Shown here one piece after another: positions 18,682 through 26,760 of a DNA stretch of 37,572 nucleotides. The notes below the pieces were generated by a model. The model was given only the letters and a program-made list of their open reading frames with translations. It did no database searches and was not told where the DNA came from. Origin of the DNA: a virus (taxonomy: Duplodnaviria; Caudoviricetes); IMG/VR virus record IMGVR_UViG_3300020463_000049, positions 1-37,572 of that record; one strand, written 5' to 3'. Both the position numbers and the translations under genes were made by a program. Every line of letters begins with the position of its first letter. Positions within the stretch are counted from its first letter, which is position 1.

Positions 18682-19277
18682 TATTTTGTCCTCCTTATGT
18701 TGGCTATGCGTCCTGTATAAACACGAAATGTTTCCATGGGAACTTTCTTTCCATTCTCTAATCTATCTTGTAAATATTTAGATAATGTTCCAGGATGAAC
18801 TCCCATGGCTCTTTTGTAATGCGTTTCGTTTTTTCTTAATTGCTCGGTGAACTCATTACATGCCTCGTTTTCATCACGACCAAACTGAACTTCAACAGTG
18901 TTCTTAATTAAGTCTGCAGCTCCATTAGCTTTCAACCAATCAAAACCTTGTTGTTGTAATAGTTGCAATTTGACTTTTTCATCCTCATCCTTAGCACGAT
19001 CAATCGCACTTTGGGTGGGGATAGAAGCCTTTATAAATTCCTTTATAAATATTTTGGCTCCATTTCTTAAAGTAAAATCTTTCAAGTTCAGCTCGTGCAT
19101 CGTATCAGGAATTGTTTCCTCAGCCAACACTTTCAGATCCTGCTTTTTTTGCTTCAATTGCTCTTCAAGTTTTGCAATCTCATCTTCAAGAGAATACATC
19201 TTTTGAGCAAGATCAGTAATTACACCTATTTCGTTTGATGCTGGTGTTACATCTTCAAGCAGATTGATGTCTGTCAT
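18681..19277 (-). CDS. Conserved phage replication-region protein (coiled coil, VHPGTL motif)
   Basis: Coiled coil, then ETIPD.M, FDWL..NG..DLIKN and VHP.TL. Coupled to the SSB gene. Confidence 0.7.
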   Translation of the reverse strand: MTDINLLEDVTPASNEIGVITDLAQKMYSLEDEIAKLEEQLKQKKQDLKVLAEETIPDTMHELNLKDFTLRNGAKIFIKEFIKASIPTQSAIDRAKDEDEKVKLQLLQQQGFDWLKANGAADLIKNTVEVQFGRDENEACNEFTEQLRKNETHYKRAMGVHPGTLSKYLQDRLENGKKVPMETFRVYTGRIANIRRTK

Positions 19278-19644
19278 CTTTTATTTCCTTTCTCATCTCA
19301 AGAGCCACAGGCATATAATAACCTTTACGTCTATCCCTGTCACCCTCTTCGATATTTCTTTCCCAGCGAAGTATCTTAACCACTGGGCAAATTTCTGAGG
19401 CAACCATGCATGTAACCATAGCAGCAATTGGGTCACCTCCTCCTGGCCATAGAATATAATCATCAGGTGAATAATCTCTCATTATCTTTCTCGCTTTTTG
19501 TATACTTGGTCCAGGTAAGAACTGAGGATTGTCCTCTGGTTCAAAAACTATTTCAAGTGTACCATAACGAGCAGCATCTGTAAGATCTGGCACCCAGCCG
19601 AATTTATTCTTAACAGGTCGATTTACTACATAAACTTTTGACAC
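19255..19644 (-). CDS. Hypothetical protein, first gene of the replication operon (GTG start)
   Basis: AGAAAGGAA RBS. KVYVV, A.RYG.L, DYIL..GDP and LRWER motifs. Confidence 0.75.
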   Translation of the reverse strand: MSKVYVVNRPVKNKFGWVPDLTDAARYGTLEIVFEPEDNPQFLPGPSIQKARKIMRDYSPDDYILWPGGGDPIAAMVTCMVASEICPVVKILRWERNIEEGDRDRRKGYYMPVALEMRKEIKDDRHQSA

Positions 19645-19878
19645 GTTAGTTCCTTTCTAATCATGGTGTGGCACAGGCTTCTCAAGGTTTGACCACTAAT
19701 CACCTGCACTGCGACAGAGAACAGTCCTCAACTATGTTCACTTAGTGCCACTTAATAACTATGCCTTATAAAAAAATAAAAAGCTTTTCTTTTTTTTCAA
19801 AGAAGCTGGTTGTTGTTGATTATTTATATATATGCAGATATTGAGAGTTAAAAATATTTTTATAGGATTCACGAAATA

Positions 19879-20013
19879 TCGGGAACGTCGGGATCGTGGA
19901 GCTGCAAGCTATTGATTTTAAACAACAAATTAAGCGATCCCTGTCTCAATATCTAAGGGAAACGCAACCCAGTGTTCGGGATCTTTATAAAAAAAGTTTA
20001 TAAGTCATTGATT
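19879..20013. repeat. Short direct/inverted repeats with two IHF-consensus sites in the divergence region (candidate origin or terminus)
   Basis: TCGGGAAC 19879, TCGGGATC 19888 and 19976, inverted CGATCCC 19935. IHF matches at 19905-19917 and 20001-20013. Flanks are very AT-rich. Confidence 0.5.
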
Positions 20014-20094
20014 TTAAAAGAATCTTTTTTCTTTACATTATGTTAAAAATAAGAGAGAATATATATATAAGTTAAATTAATACTGAGAAAGGAA
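20001..20094 (+). promoter_or_regulatory. Repeated promoter cassette 3 (rightward early promoter)
   Basis: TTTACA (20032-20037), 17 bp ending AAATAAGA, GAGAAT (20055-20060), leader TACTGAGAAAGGAA (20081-20094). IHF site at 20001-20013. Confidence 0.7.
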
Positions 20095-20099
20095 AGTAA

Positions 20100-20552
20100 A
20101 TGTTAAATAATTCTATAGACCTAAGTAAAGTAATACAGTTTCAAGGCAATGAAATAAGAATGCTAGAAGTCCATAAAGGTTATGGTGACTATTTAAACAC
20201 TTTTGGTGTTAGAGTTGGTAAGCCTGATGTTAGAACTGGTGAGCACAAAACTGATGGCATGATAAGCTTTGACTTGAGTGTTAAGGCTGTAAGCTTGCAT
20301 AGTGCAATGGATGACCCAAATGTCGAATATGATTATTATGGTCTTTCTGAAACAATAATGATATCTGACACATATCATGAGGGTCAAGTTGAGCAGGGCA
20401 GAAGAATGAGAAATGAAGTTCCTTTAGAGGATGGTGACTTGGTTTACATAAATGGTGAAGTTTTCCATGCCAAGGTTAAAGGCAATTATTCTGATTGTGT
20501 TGAGTTCTATCCGACACAGTGGACTTTAAAAAAGAGACGAGACGAGGGATAA
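20100..20552 (+). CDS. Hypothetical early protein
   Basis: 150-aa ORF with a strong RBS directly after promoter cassette 3. Confidence 0.75.
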   Translation: MLNNSIDLSKVIQFQGNEIRMLEVHKGYGDYLNTFGVRVGKPDVRTGEHKTDGMISFDLSVKAVSLHSAMDDPNVEYDYYGLSETIMISDTYHEGQVEQGRRMRNEVPLEDGDLVYINGEVFHAKVKGNYSDCVEFYPTQWTLKKRRDEG

Positions 20553-20612
20553 TCCTCAAAAGTCCCTGAGCATGGATGAAAACTGCTCGCTTAAATATTA
20601 GAAAGGAAAATT

Positions 20613-20930
20613 ATGATATCAGAAATTCAATATGATCAAATCATGGAGGATGTAAAATATTCTTGTGGGGATCAAATCAGGGAGAAGATCCTTGAGGGCA
20701 TTAGAGGCACTGGCATATTAGTTGGTGAAGGAAAGGCAACTGTTAATACAATCAGTGAGAATGATATTGACATGAAAGTTGCTCAAGCTCTTGAGAAAGT
20801 TGTTGAAGATCTTTTAGGAGATCACATACTAACCCCATTAAAGCAACTGCAAATGCTGAATAAGTTGAGCTACTCTGAAGTTGTAAAGTATCAACAGGAA
20901 AAAACTATCCCTGCTAAATTTTTAGAATGA
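20613..20930 (+). CDS. Hypothetical early protein
   Basis: AGAAAGGAA RBS, 105 aa. Confidence 0.7.
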   Translation: MISEIQYDQIMEDVKYSCGDQIREKILEGIRGTGILVGEGKATVNTISENDIDMKVAQALEKVVEDLLGDHILTPLKQLQMLNKLSYSEVVKYQQEKTIPAKFLE

Positions 20931-20972
20931 CATAGTTTGTAGGGCACTCTCCGGAGTGCCTTGCGATCTGTG
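20931..20972 (+). other. Long intergenic RNA hairpin (possible RNase III/processing site)
   Basis: GGCACTC-TCCG-GAGTGCC core, extended by G-U-containing pairs out to CATAG/CTGTG. No U tract follows. Confidence 0.5.
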
Positions 20973-21012
20973 GCAGAATTGTGGAGCTGCAGAATTTTGA
21001 AAGGAGAAATAA

Positions 21013-21270
21013 ATGTTATTATCAGATAAATTTCCTGTTGATATAAAAATCGAAAAAGGTATTCCTTTGCCACCAAAGAAACATCTTTACACCAAAGGTT
21101 TAAGGCATGAGCTGGAAATAATTAATAAGATGGAAGTTGGTGACAGCTTCGAGGTTAATGAGCGAAGGACAGCTGCAAAAATACAGGCTTGGATTAATAG
21201 GGAAACACAATTCAAACTGGCCACTCGTAAAATGGAAAATGGCAAAGTAAGAATATGGAGAGTAAAATGA
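21013..21270 (+). CDS. Small putative DNA-binding protein
   Basis: KIEKGIPLP, MEVGDSF and VRIWRV motifs of a common small phage DNA-binding family. AAGGAG RBS. Confidence 0.7.
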   Translation: MLLSDKFPVDIKIEKGIPLPPKKHLYTKGLRHELEIINKMEVGDSFEVNERRTAAKIQAWINRETQFKLATRKMENGKVRIWRVK

Positions 21271-21827
21271 GTTTTTATGATTTTTGGGTTTGGGATGAAC
21301 CACAACTGACAACAGAAGAAATAAAATTAGCAAATAAACAGATCAATGAAAAATATTTTGATATTGAGGATCCAAGTGATGGTGCGCAAGAGTTAGATGG
21401 TAGTCTCAAAAAGAACATAAAACCAAAGAGGATTTATCTTGGAGACCACACAACACCTATTAAAAATTTAGTGCAAAAAGTCATCAGAACTTGCCATTGT
21501 GAATTTGGTTTTGTTACATTCCCTCCTAACATATATGATATTACACTGCAAAATGTTTACTCTTCAAAAATCAAAGGTCATTATGGTGCACACACTGACT
21601 CTTCTCGTAGCACTATTTTTGACACCAAGATGACAATGTTAATTAATTTGTCTGAGGGAACTTACACTGGAGGTGAATTAATTATTAATCAACAGCCAGC
21701 AGAAAAATTTAGAACACCAGGAAGTGTTGTCCTTTTCAAGTCTCACCTTTGGCATGAGGTTAAGCCTGTAACAGATGGTGATAGGATCAGCCTAGCATAT
21801 TTTATAAATGGACCGAAATTTAATTAG
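21267..21827 (+). CDS. 2OG-Fe(II) oxygenase (PKHD/P4H-like)
   Basis: GHYGAHTD (HxD), YTGGEL, F.S.LWHEVKPVT.G.RISL. Start set at the ATGA overlap at 21267. Confidence 0.9.
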   Translation: MSFYDFWVWDEPQLTTEEIKLANKQINEKYFDIEDPSDGAQELDGSLKKNIKPKRIYLGDHTTPIKNLVQKVIRTCHCEFGFVTFPPNIYDITLQNVYSSKIKGHYGAHTDSSRSTIFDTKMTMLINLSEGTYTGGELIINQQPAEKFRTPGSVVLFKSHLWHEVKPVTDGDRISLAYFINGPKFN

Positions 21828-21837
21828 GGAGAAAATT

Positions 21838-21996
21838 ATGAAAATAATAATCGGAGGTTTCCTTTCTTTTGGAGCTGCACTTTTCACAGTGTTCCTGCTA
21901 GTCAACGTCGTGTTAGGTTGCGAGAGCTGGGACAAAGATCTCTGGACAGAGCGCAACTCTTGTATAACTCCTGGAATGTTGCTTGACTTTAAATAA
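21838..21996 (+). CDS. Small membrane protein
   Basis: GGGAG RBS, an N-terminal TM helix, then GC.SW...W...NSC. Confidence 0.6.
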   Translation: MKIIIGGFLSFGAALFTVFLLVNVVLGCESWDKDLWTERNSCITPGMLLDFK

Positions 21997-22011
21997 AAGC
22001 AGGAATAACAT
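21983..22011 (+). promoter_or_regulatory. Sigma70-like promoter for the candidate sRNA
   Basis: TTGACT (21983-21988), 17 bp, TAACAT (22006-22011). Confidence 0.6.
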
Positions 22012-22016
22012 TTTAC

Positions 22017-22071
22017 AAAATCATACTTTCCTCCCTTAACCTAGCCTCTAGAAATAGAGGCTTTCTTTTTT
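22017..22071 (+). ncRNA. Candidate ~55-nt anti-Shine-Dalgarno small RNA
   Basis: Bounded by a promoter and an intrinsic terminator, with no ORF. The single-stranded 5' part UCAUACUUUCCUCCC is complementary to GGGAGGAAAGUAUGA. Confidence 0.5.
22043..22071 (+). terminator. Rho-independent terminator
   Basis: AGCCTCTA-GAAA-TAGAGGCT followed by TTCTTTTTT. Confidence 0.85.
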
Positions 22072-22145
22072 CTAAAAATAACATTATGCTTTAAACACTT
22101 AATTTTATTCTTAAATAACAAAACAAGGTTTTCTGGGTAAAAAAC

Positions 22146-22718
22146 ATGGTTTCTGAAATTAAAAAAAGAGGCAGACCAAAAAAGGTTCGTGAAGAAGAGG
22201 TTGTTGTTCAGCGTCCGATCAAGATGGGTGCACCTGTTAAGCCTGAAGCATGGGATGGAAAGTTTAAGTCTGTGGAAACTCTTAAACATCAAAAGCCAGC
22301 TCTTCATCGTCAAGAAAGATACAGGAAATGGAATCATCATGCCACAATTAATTGGATTATGGGTCAAGCAGATCCTGTTGGTTTTTTAGCTGACGTTATG
22401 CAAGGCAAAGAAATTTTTCCTGTTTACACGAAAGACTCTGAGGGTTTGGCAACTAAGGCAGGCAATATATCAGCAGACCCAGAGCTGAGGGTTATGGCTG
22501 CGAAAACATTGCTTGGAAAATGTGTGCCTGATTTAAAAGCTGTTGAGGTTACAGCACAAATAGAAGAAAAGAAAGTTTTAGATATTACTAAATTAAATAA
22601 TGATGACTTAAATGCAATTGAACGAGTTCTTGAACACGCTGTCATTGACGCAAGTCCGATCGGAGAAGATGAGGAGATCCCTCAAGGAGTTCATAAAGAA
22701 CTCTTGGCAAACGATTGA
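22146..22718 (+). CDS. terS: Probable terminase small subunit
   Basis: Directly upstream of and overlapping terL. KKRGRPKK, P..FL..VM and R..AAK.L....PDLKAVE motifs. Confidence 0.7.
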   Translation: MVSEIKKRGRPKKVREEEVVVQRPIKMGAPVKPEAWDGKFKSVETLKHQKPALHRQERYRKWNHHATINWIMGQADPVGFLADVMQGKEIFPVYTKDSEGLATKAGNISADPELRVMAAKTLLGKCVPDLKAVEVTAQIEEKKVLDITKLNNDDLNAIERVLEHAVIDASPIGEDEEIPQGVHKELLAND

Positions 22719-24111
22719 ACCTGGACGAGACTTCTATGACAACTGGCATATTGATGCTATATCCGAACATTTACAAGCTGTTGTTAATGGCCAGATAAAG
22801 CGATTGATAATAAATATTCCACCAAGGCATATGAAGTCAATCTCTGTGGCTGTTGCGCTTCCAGCCTGGACTTGGACTGTTCAACCTCAGAAAAGATTTC
22901 TTTTTGCCTCTTATGCTGCATCTCTTTCTGTAAGAGACTCAGTAAAATGCAGGAGGCTTATTGACAGTAAATGGTACAAAGAACATTTTGGCGAAGTTTT
23001 TAAATTAACAGGAGACCAAAACCAGAAGCAGAGATTTGAGAATGATCAAACAGGCTACAGGATAGCAACATCAGTTGATGGAGCTTTGACTGGTGAGGGT
23101 GGCGATATAATAATCATTGATGATCCACACAACGTCAGAGAAGCCGAGAGCTCTGCTGTTCGTGAGGGTGTTCTTGATTGGTGGGATCAAGCTATGCAGA
23201 CCAGACTTAATGATCCTAAAACTGGAGCTTTTGTAATTATTATGCAAAGGGTTCACGAAAACGATTTAACTGGACATATTTTAAGGAATGAATACAATGA
23301 CTGGGATCATTTATGTTTACCTGCTCGCTATGAACTTGGACACCCATCGCCAACAAAATCTTCGCTCAACTTTACAGACCCAAGAACAAAAGAGAACCAA
23401 CTTCTCTGGCCAGAAAGGATTGATGACAAAACTCTTGATTCGCTTGAAAAAAGTCTTGGGAGTTATGCCTCCGCAGGACAGCTCCAGCAAAGACCAATGC
23501 CAAAAGGAGGAGGAATATTAAAGGCTGAATGGTGGGTGCCATGGGAAAAAGAAGATCTTCCTGATATAGAATACATAATACAATCTTGGGATACAGCTTT
23601 TTCAACAAAAGAAAAAACATCTTATTCTGCCAGAACAACTTGGGGAGTCTTTCGCAGACATGGTCAAGTCAATGCCATAGTTTTAGACATGTGGTATGAT
23701 AGGGTGACTTATCCCGAACTGCGAGCTATTGCCCAAGAGGCTTATCATGAATACGAGCCTGATGCAGTTTTAATAGAAAAGAAAGCTTCTGGCCAAAGTT
23801 TATTGCAAGATTTACGCATGGCAGGAATCCCTGTTATACCTTATTCACCTGACAGAGACAAAGAAGCTCGTGCCCATGCAGCTTCAGCTCTTTTAGAAGA
23901 TGGAAGAATTTTCTTTCCTTATGATAAAAAATGGAGTAAAAATTTAATAGATATATGTGCAGCTTTCCCAGCAGGAGACAATGATGATATAGTTGACACT
24001 TGCACTCAGGCTTGGTTGCGCCTAAGAAAAGGTTGGTTTGTTACGCATTCAGCCGACTATGACGAAGACGATGGGGAGTTAACAAAGAAAAGGATGACAC
24101 TGTATGGCTGA
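22612..24111 (+). CDS. terL: Terminase large subunit
   Basis: INIPPRHMKS (Walker A), GEGGDIIIIDDPH (Walker B), IMQRVHE.D, and nuclease motifs QSWDTA, IEKKASG, NDDIVD. Confidence 0.95.
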   Translation: MQLNEFLNTLSLTQVRSEKMRRSLKEFIKNSWQTIEPGRDFYDNWHIDAISEHLQAVVNGQIKRLIINIPPRHMKSISVAVALPAWTWTVQPQKRFLFASYAASLSVRDSVKCRRLIDSKWYKEHFGEVFKLTGDQNQKQRFENDQTGYRIATSVDGALTGEGGDIIIIDDPHNVREAESSAVREGVLDWWDQAMQTRLNDPKTGAFVIIMQRVHENDLTGHILRNEYNDWDHLCLPARYELGHPSPTKSSLNFTDPRTKENQLLWPERIDDKTLDSLEKSLGSYASAGQLQQRPMPKGGGILKAEWWVPWEKEDLPDIEYIIQSWDTAFSTKEKTSYSARTTWGVFRRHGQVNAIVLDMWYDRVTYPELRAIAQEAYHEYEPDAVLIEKKASGQSLLQDLRMAGIPVIPYSPDRDKEARAHAASALLEDGRIFFPYDKKWSKNLIDICAAFPAGDNDDIVDTCTQAWLRLRKGWFVTHSADYDEDDGELTKKRMTLYG

Positions 24112-26518
24112 AGATCCAATCCCATTCGCAGAGGGAGCACCACCAGACGACCTACAAGTAGAAAATTTTGGCGATGAGGTTTTGATAGGAGACCCAGCAC
24201 TAGACCTAGTTCCGCAGGTTGAAATGGAGTTTGATGCTAATTTAGCAGAATCAATAGACCAAAATGTTTTAGATAAAAAATCAGCACATTTAATTAAATA
24301 TTATGAGAATGACAAAGAAGCCAGAAAAGACTGGGAAGAGAGATATAAAAAAGGTTTAGAGACTCTTGATCCAGAAGGTGGCTTAGAGGAGAGCGATGAG
24401 GAGCGAGCAAGTAGAGGCTTGAGCACAGTTGTTCATCCTATGATATCTGAGGCTGCAACCCAGTTTAATGCCAGAGCTATCGCTGAACTTTATCCCTCTG
24501 GTGGTCCAATAAAGACTACAATAGTTGGTGAGCCTAATGAGGAAACCGAGGCACAAGCTCGCAGAGTTCGCGAATACATGAATTATCAAATACAAGAGGA
24601 AATGCCAGAATATTTTCCTGACCTCGACCAAATGCTTTTTCAGTTGCCACTTGTTGGTCAGACTTTTAAAAAGGTTTGGTGGGATGCTAATAAAGACAGG
24701 CAATGTGCCAAGTTTGTAAAAGCTGAGGACTTTGTTGTTGCTCCTGAAAGCACCGATCTTTATACCTCACCCAGATACACGCATGTTATCAGGATGCCTA
24801 AAAACGAATATAACATGTATGTTGACACTGGCTGGTATTTACCAATCGAATATTCATCAGGCGATGGCTCGAGCTACATGGATGATGTCAATGAAGATGT
24901 TGAGGGCATAAGCACCGACAACCAAGAAGATGTTGTCACACTTTTAGAAATGCATGTCTATGATGCTTTTGCTGGAGTTGATGGTGTAGAAAACGAAGAT
25001 GATGAAAACATGGTCAGGTTGCCTTATGTAATAACAATAGACCATGACTCCGAAAAAATAGTTTCTGTAAGAAGAAATTATTATGAAGGAGATGACAGGA
25101 AGAAAAGAAGAGACTGGTTTGTAAGTTATAAATTTTTGCCTGGAGTTGGATTTTATGGTTTCGGTTTATATCATATGATCGGAGGGCTGGGCAAAGCTGC
25201 AACAGGTTCTTTAAGAGCTTTACTTGACTCAGCTGCATTTGCAAATATGCAAGGAGGCTTCAAGCTAAAAGGCAGAGTTACAGGTGGCGAGATAGATGTT
25301 AATCCTGGAGAGTTTGTTGATTTGGACGCGACAGTTGATGATGTCAATAAGGCGATAATGCCTTTGCCTTTTAAGGAGCCATCAGGCACATTATTTAATT
25401 TACTTGGTCTGATAGTACAGGCAGGACAGCGTTTTGCTAGCACAGCCGACTTAAATGTCGGAGACGTAAACCCAAATGCTCCTGTGGGATCAACTGTCGC
25501 ACTTATTGAGCAAGGTTCAAAATCTTTTTCAGCTATTCACAAAAGGTTGCATTATTCCCAAGGGCAAGAGTTTAAAATGCTTGCAAGGCTTAATGCTGAA
25601 TATCTGCCAGAGTCTTTTAACTTTGCTGTCGCTGGTGCATCGGAAACAGTTTATGCTGCTGACTTTAATGAGCGAATAGATATAATCCCTGTCAGTGATC
25701 CGAACATCTTTAGCACTGCCCAGAGAATAGCACAAGCACAAGCCATACTTGAAATGGCAAGATCAGCTCCACAGCTCCATGATTTATATGAAGCATACAA
25801 AAGAATGTATGAGGCAATAAGAATACCTAATATTGCAGAAGTTTTAAAAGAACCTGCCGAGGCTGCAAGGCTTGACCCCATTGACGAAAATATGTCAATA
25901 ATGTATGGCAAACCTATAAAAGCATTTCCGGAACAGAACCATGATGCTCACATCGCAGTTCACACCCAGTTTTTATCTGACCCATCTTTGGCTGGTAACC
26001 CAGCAGCAAGAGGACTGCAACCTGTTTTGATTGCGCATATCGCAGAGCATATTGCCTTGTTATATCGTCAGCGAATGGAAGCAGGGATTGGTATGCCTTT
26101 GCCGAACTTACCAAATATTAGAGATCCTAAATTTAAGTTTGAGGATATTGATCCACAACTTGATATGCTTATTAGCCAACGAGCTGCACAAGTTGTACAA
26201 CAAGCTCCTCAAATGGCACCGATACAAGGTTTAGGTGGAGCTAATCAAAAGCAGAATCCTTTACAATATGCACAGCAACTTGCGCAACTTGAGGCACAAG
26301 CTCTTCAGCAAAGAACACAATCCGAGATTGCTGCTGACCAAGCAAGAGCACAATCTGATATAAAGATAGATCAAGCCAAAGCGCAACAAGACTTACAGGT
26401 TCAGCAAGCTAAACTGCAAGCCGAGTTACAGGCAAAAGTTTTAAAGCTTGAGGCTGACTTAAAACTTGAAAGAGAAAAGAATCAAGCTAAACTAAATATG
26501 GAAAGAATTAAATCATGA
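24104..26518 (+). CDS. Portal protein (P22-like, with Q-rich C-terminal barrel)
   Basis: 804 aa directly after terL. Motifs FLPG.GFYG.G, L.D....N..GGFK and PLPFKEPS, with a long Gln/Ala coiled-coil tail. Confidence 0.88.
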   Translation: MAEDPIPFAEGAPPDDLQVENFGDEVLIGDPALDLVPQVEMEFDANLAESIDQNVLDKKSAHLIKYYENDKEARKDWEERYKKGLETLDPEGGLEESDEERASRGLSTVVHPMISEAATQFNARAIAELYPSGGPIKTTIVGEPNEETEAQARRVREYMNYQIQEEMPEYFPDLDQMLFQLPLVGQTFKKVWWDANKDRQCAKFVKAEDFVVAPESTDLYTSPRYTHVIRMPKNEYNMYVDTGWYLPIEYSSGDGSSYMDDVNEDVEGISTDNQEDVVTLLEMHVYDAFAGVDGVENEDDENMVRLPYVITIDHDSEKIVSVRRNYYEGDDRKKRRDWFVSYKFLPGVGFYGFGLYHMIGGLGKAATGSLRALLDSAAFANMQGGFKLKGRVTGGEIDVNPGEFVDLDATVDDVNKAIMPLPFKEPSGTLFNLLGLIVQAGQRFASTADLNVGDVNPNAPVGSTVALIEQGSKSFSAIHKRLHYSQGQEFKMLARLNAEYLPESFNFAVAGASETVYAADFNERIDIIPVSDPNIFSTAQRIAQAQAILEMARSAPQLHDLYEAYKRMYEAIRIPNIAEVLKEPAEAARLDPIDENMSIMYGKPIKAFPEQNHDAHIAVHTQFLSDPSLAGNPAARGLQPVLIAHIAEHIALLYRQRMEAGIGMPLPNLPNIRDPKFKFEDIDPQLDMLISQRAAQVVQQAPQMAPIQGLGGANQKQNPLQYAQQLAQLEAQALQQRTQSEIAADQARAQSDIKIDQAKAQQDLQVQQAKLQAELQAKVLKLEADLKLEREKNQAKLNMERIKS

Positions 26519-26760
26519 AGTTTGGTGCTTTAAAAGATATTCAGAGCAAGCCACCAGAGGAGAGCATGCAGTTAGCAAGTAATAGACCTATTGCTACTTT
26601 TAGTGGTGGCAGATATGATAATGTTAAAATATTTAAAGTTGGCGATGGTTATTATGGTGATACAGGAGATTTTGATTTCACAGCAAAAGACGCAGAAGAG
26701 CTTATGGAAAAGCTTAAAACAATTGGAGCAACAACTTTGGATTTTGGAGAAATAAAATGA
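26515..26760 (+). CDS. Hypothetical protein (GALxxI tag at N-terminus)
   Basis: ATGA-coupled ORF beginning MKFGALKDI. Confidence 0.7.
   Translation: MKFGALKDIQSKPPEESMQLASNRPIATFSGGRYDNVKIFKVGDGYYGDTGDFDFTAKDAEELMEKLKTIGATTLDFGEIK

Noticed and set aside
19668-19751. tRNA gene
   Set aside because: It has a 7-bp closing stem but no TTCRA T-loop, no proper D-arm and no canonical anticodon arm. Kept only as a generic structured RNA.
19879-19983. CRISPR or mini-array
   Set aside because: Repeats are only 7-8 bp, irregularly spaced and partly inverted, and there are no cas genes.
22013-22035. Minus-strand gene behind the perfect GGGAGG RBS and ATG
   Set aside because: It reads ATG ATT TTG TAA (3 aa). 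The + strand promoter and terminator explain the segment better as an antisense seed, though a minigene cannot be fully excluded.
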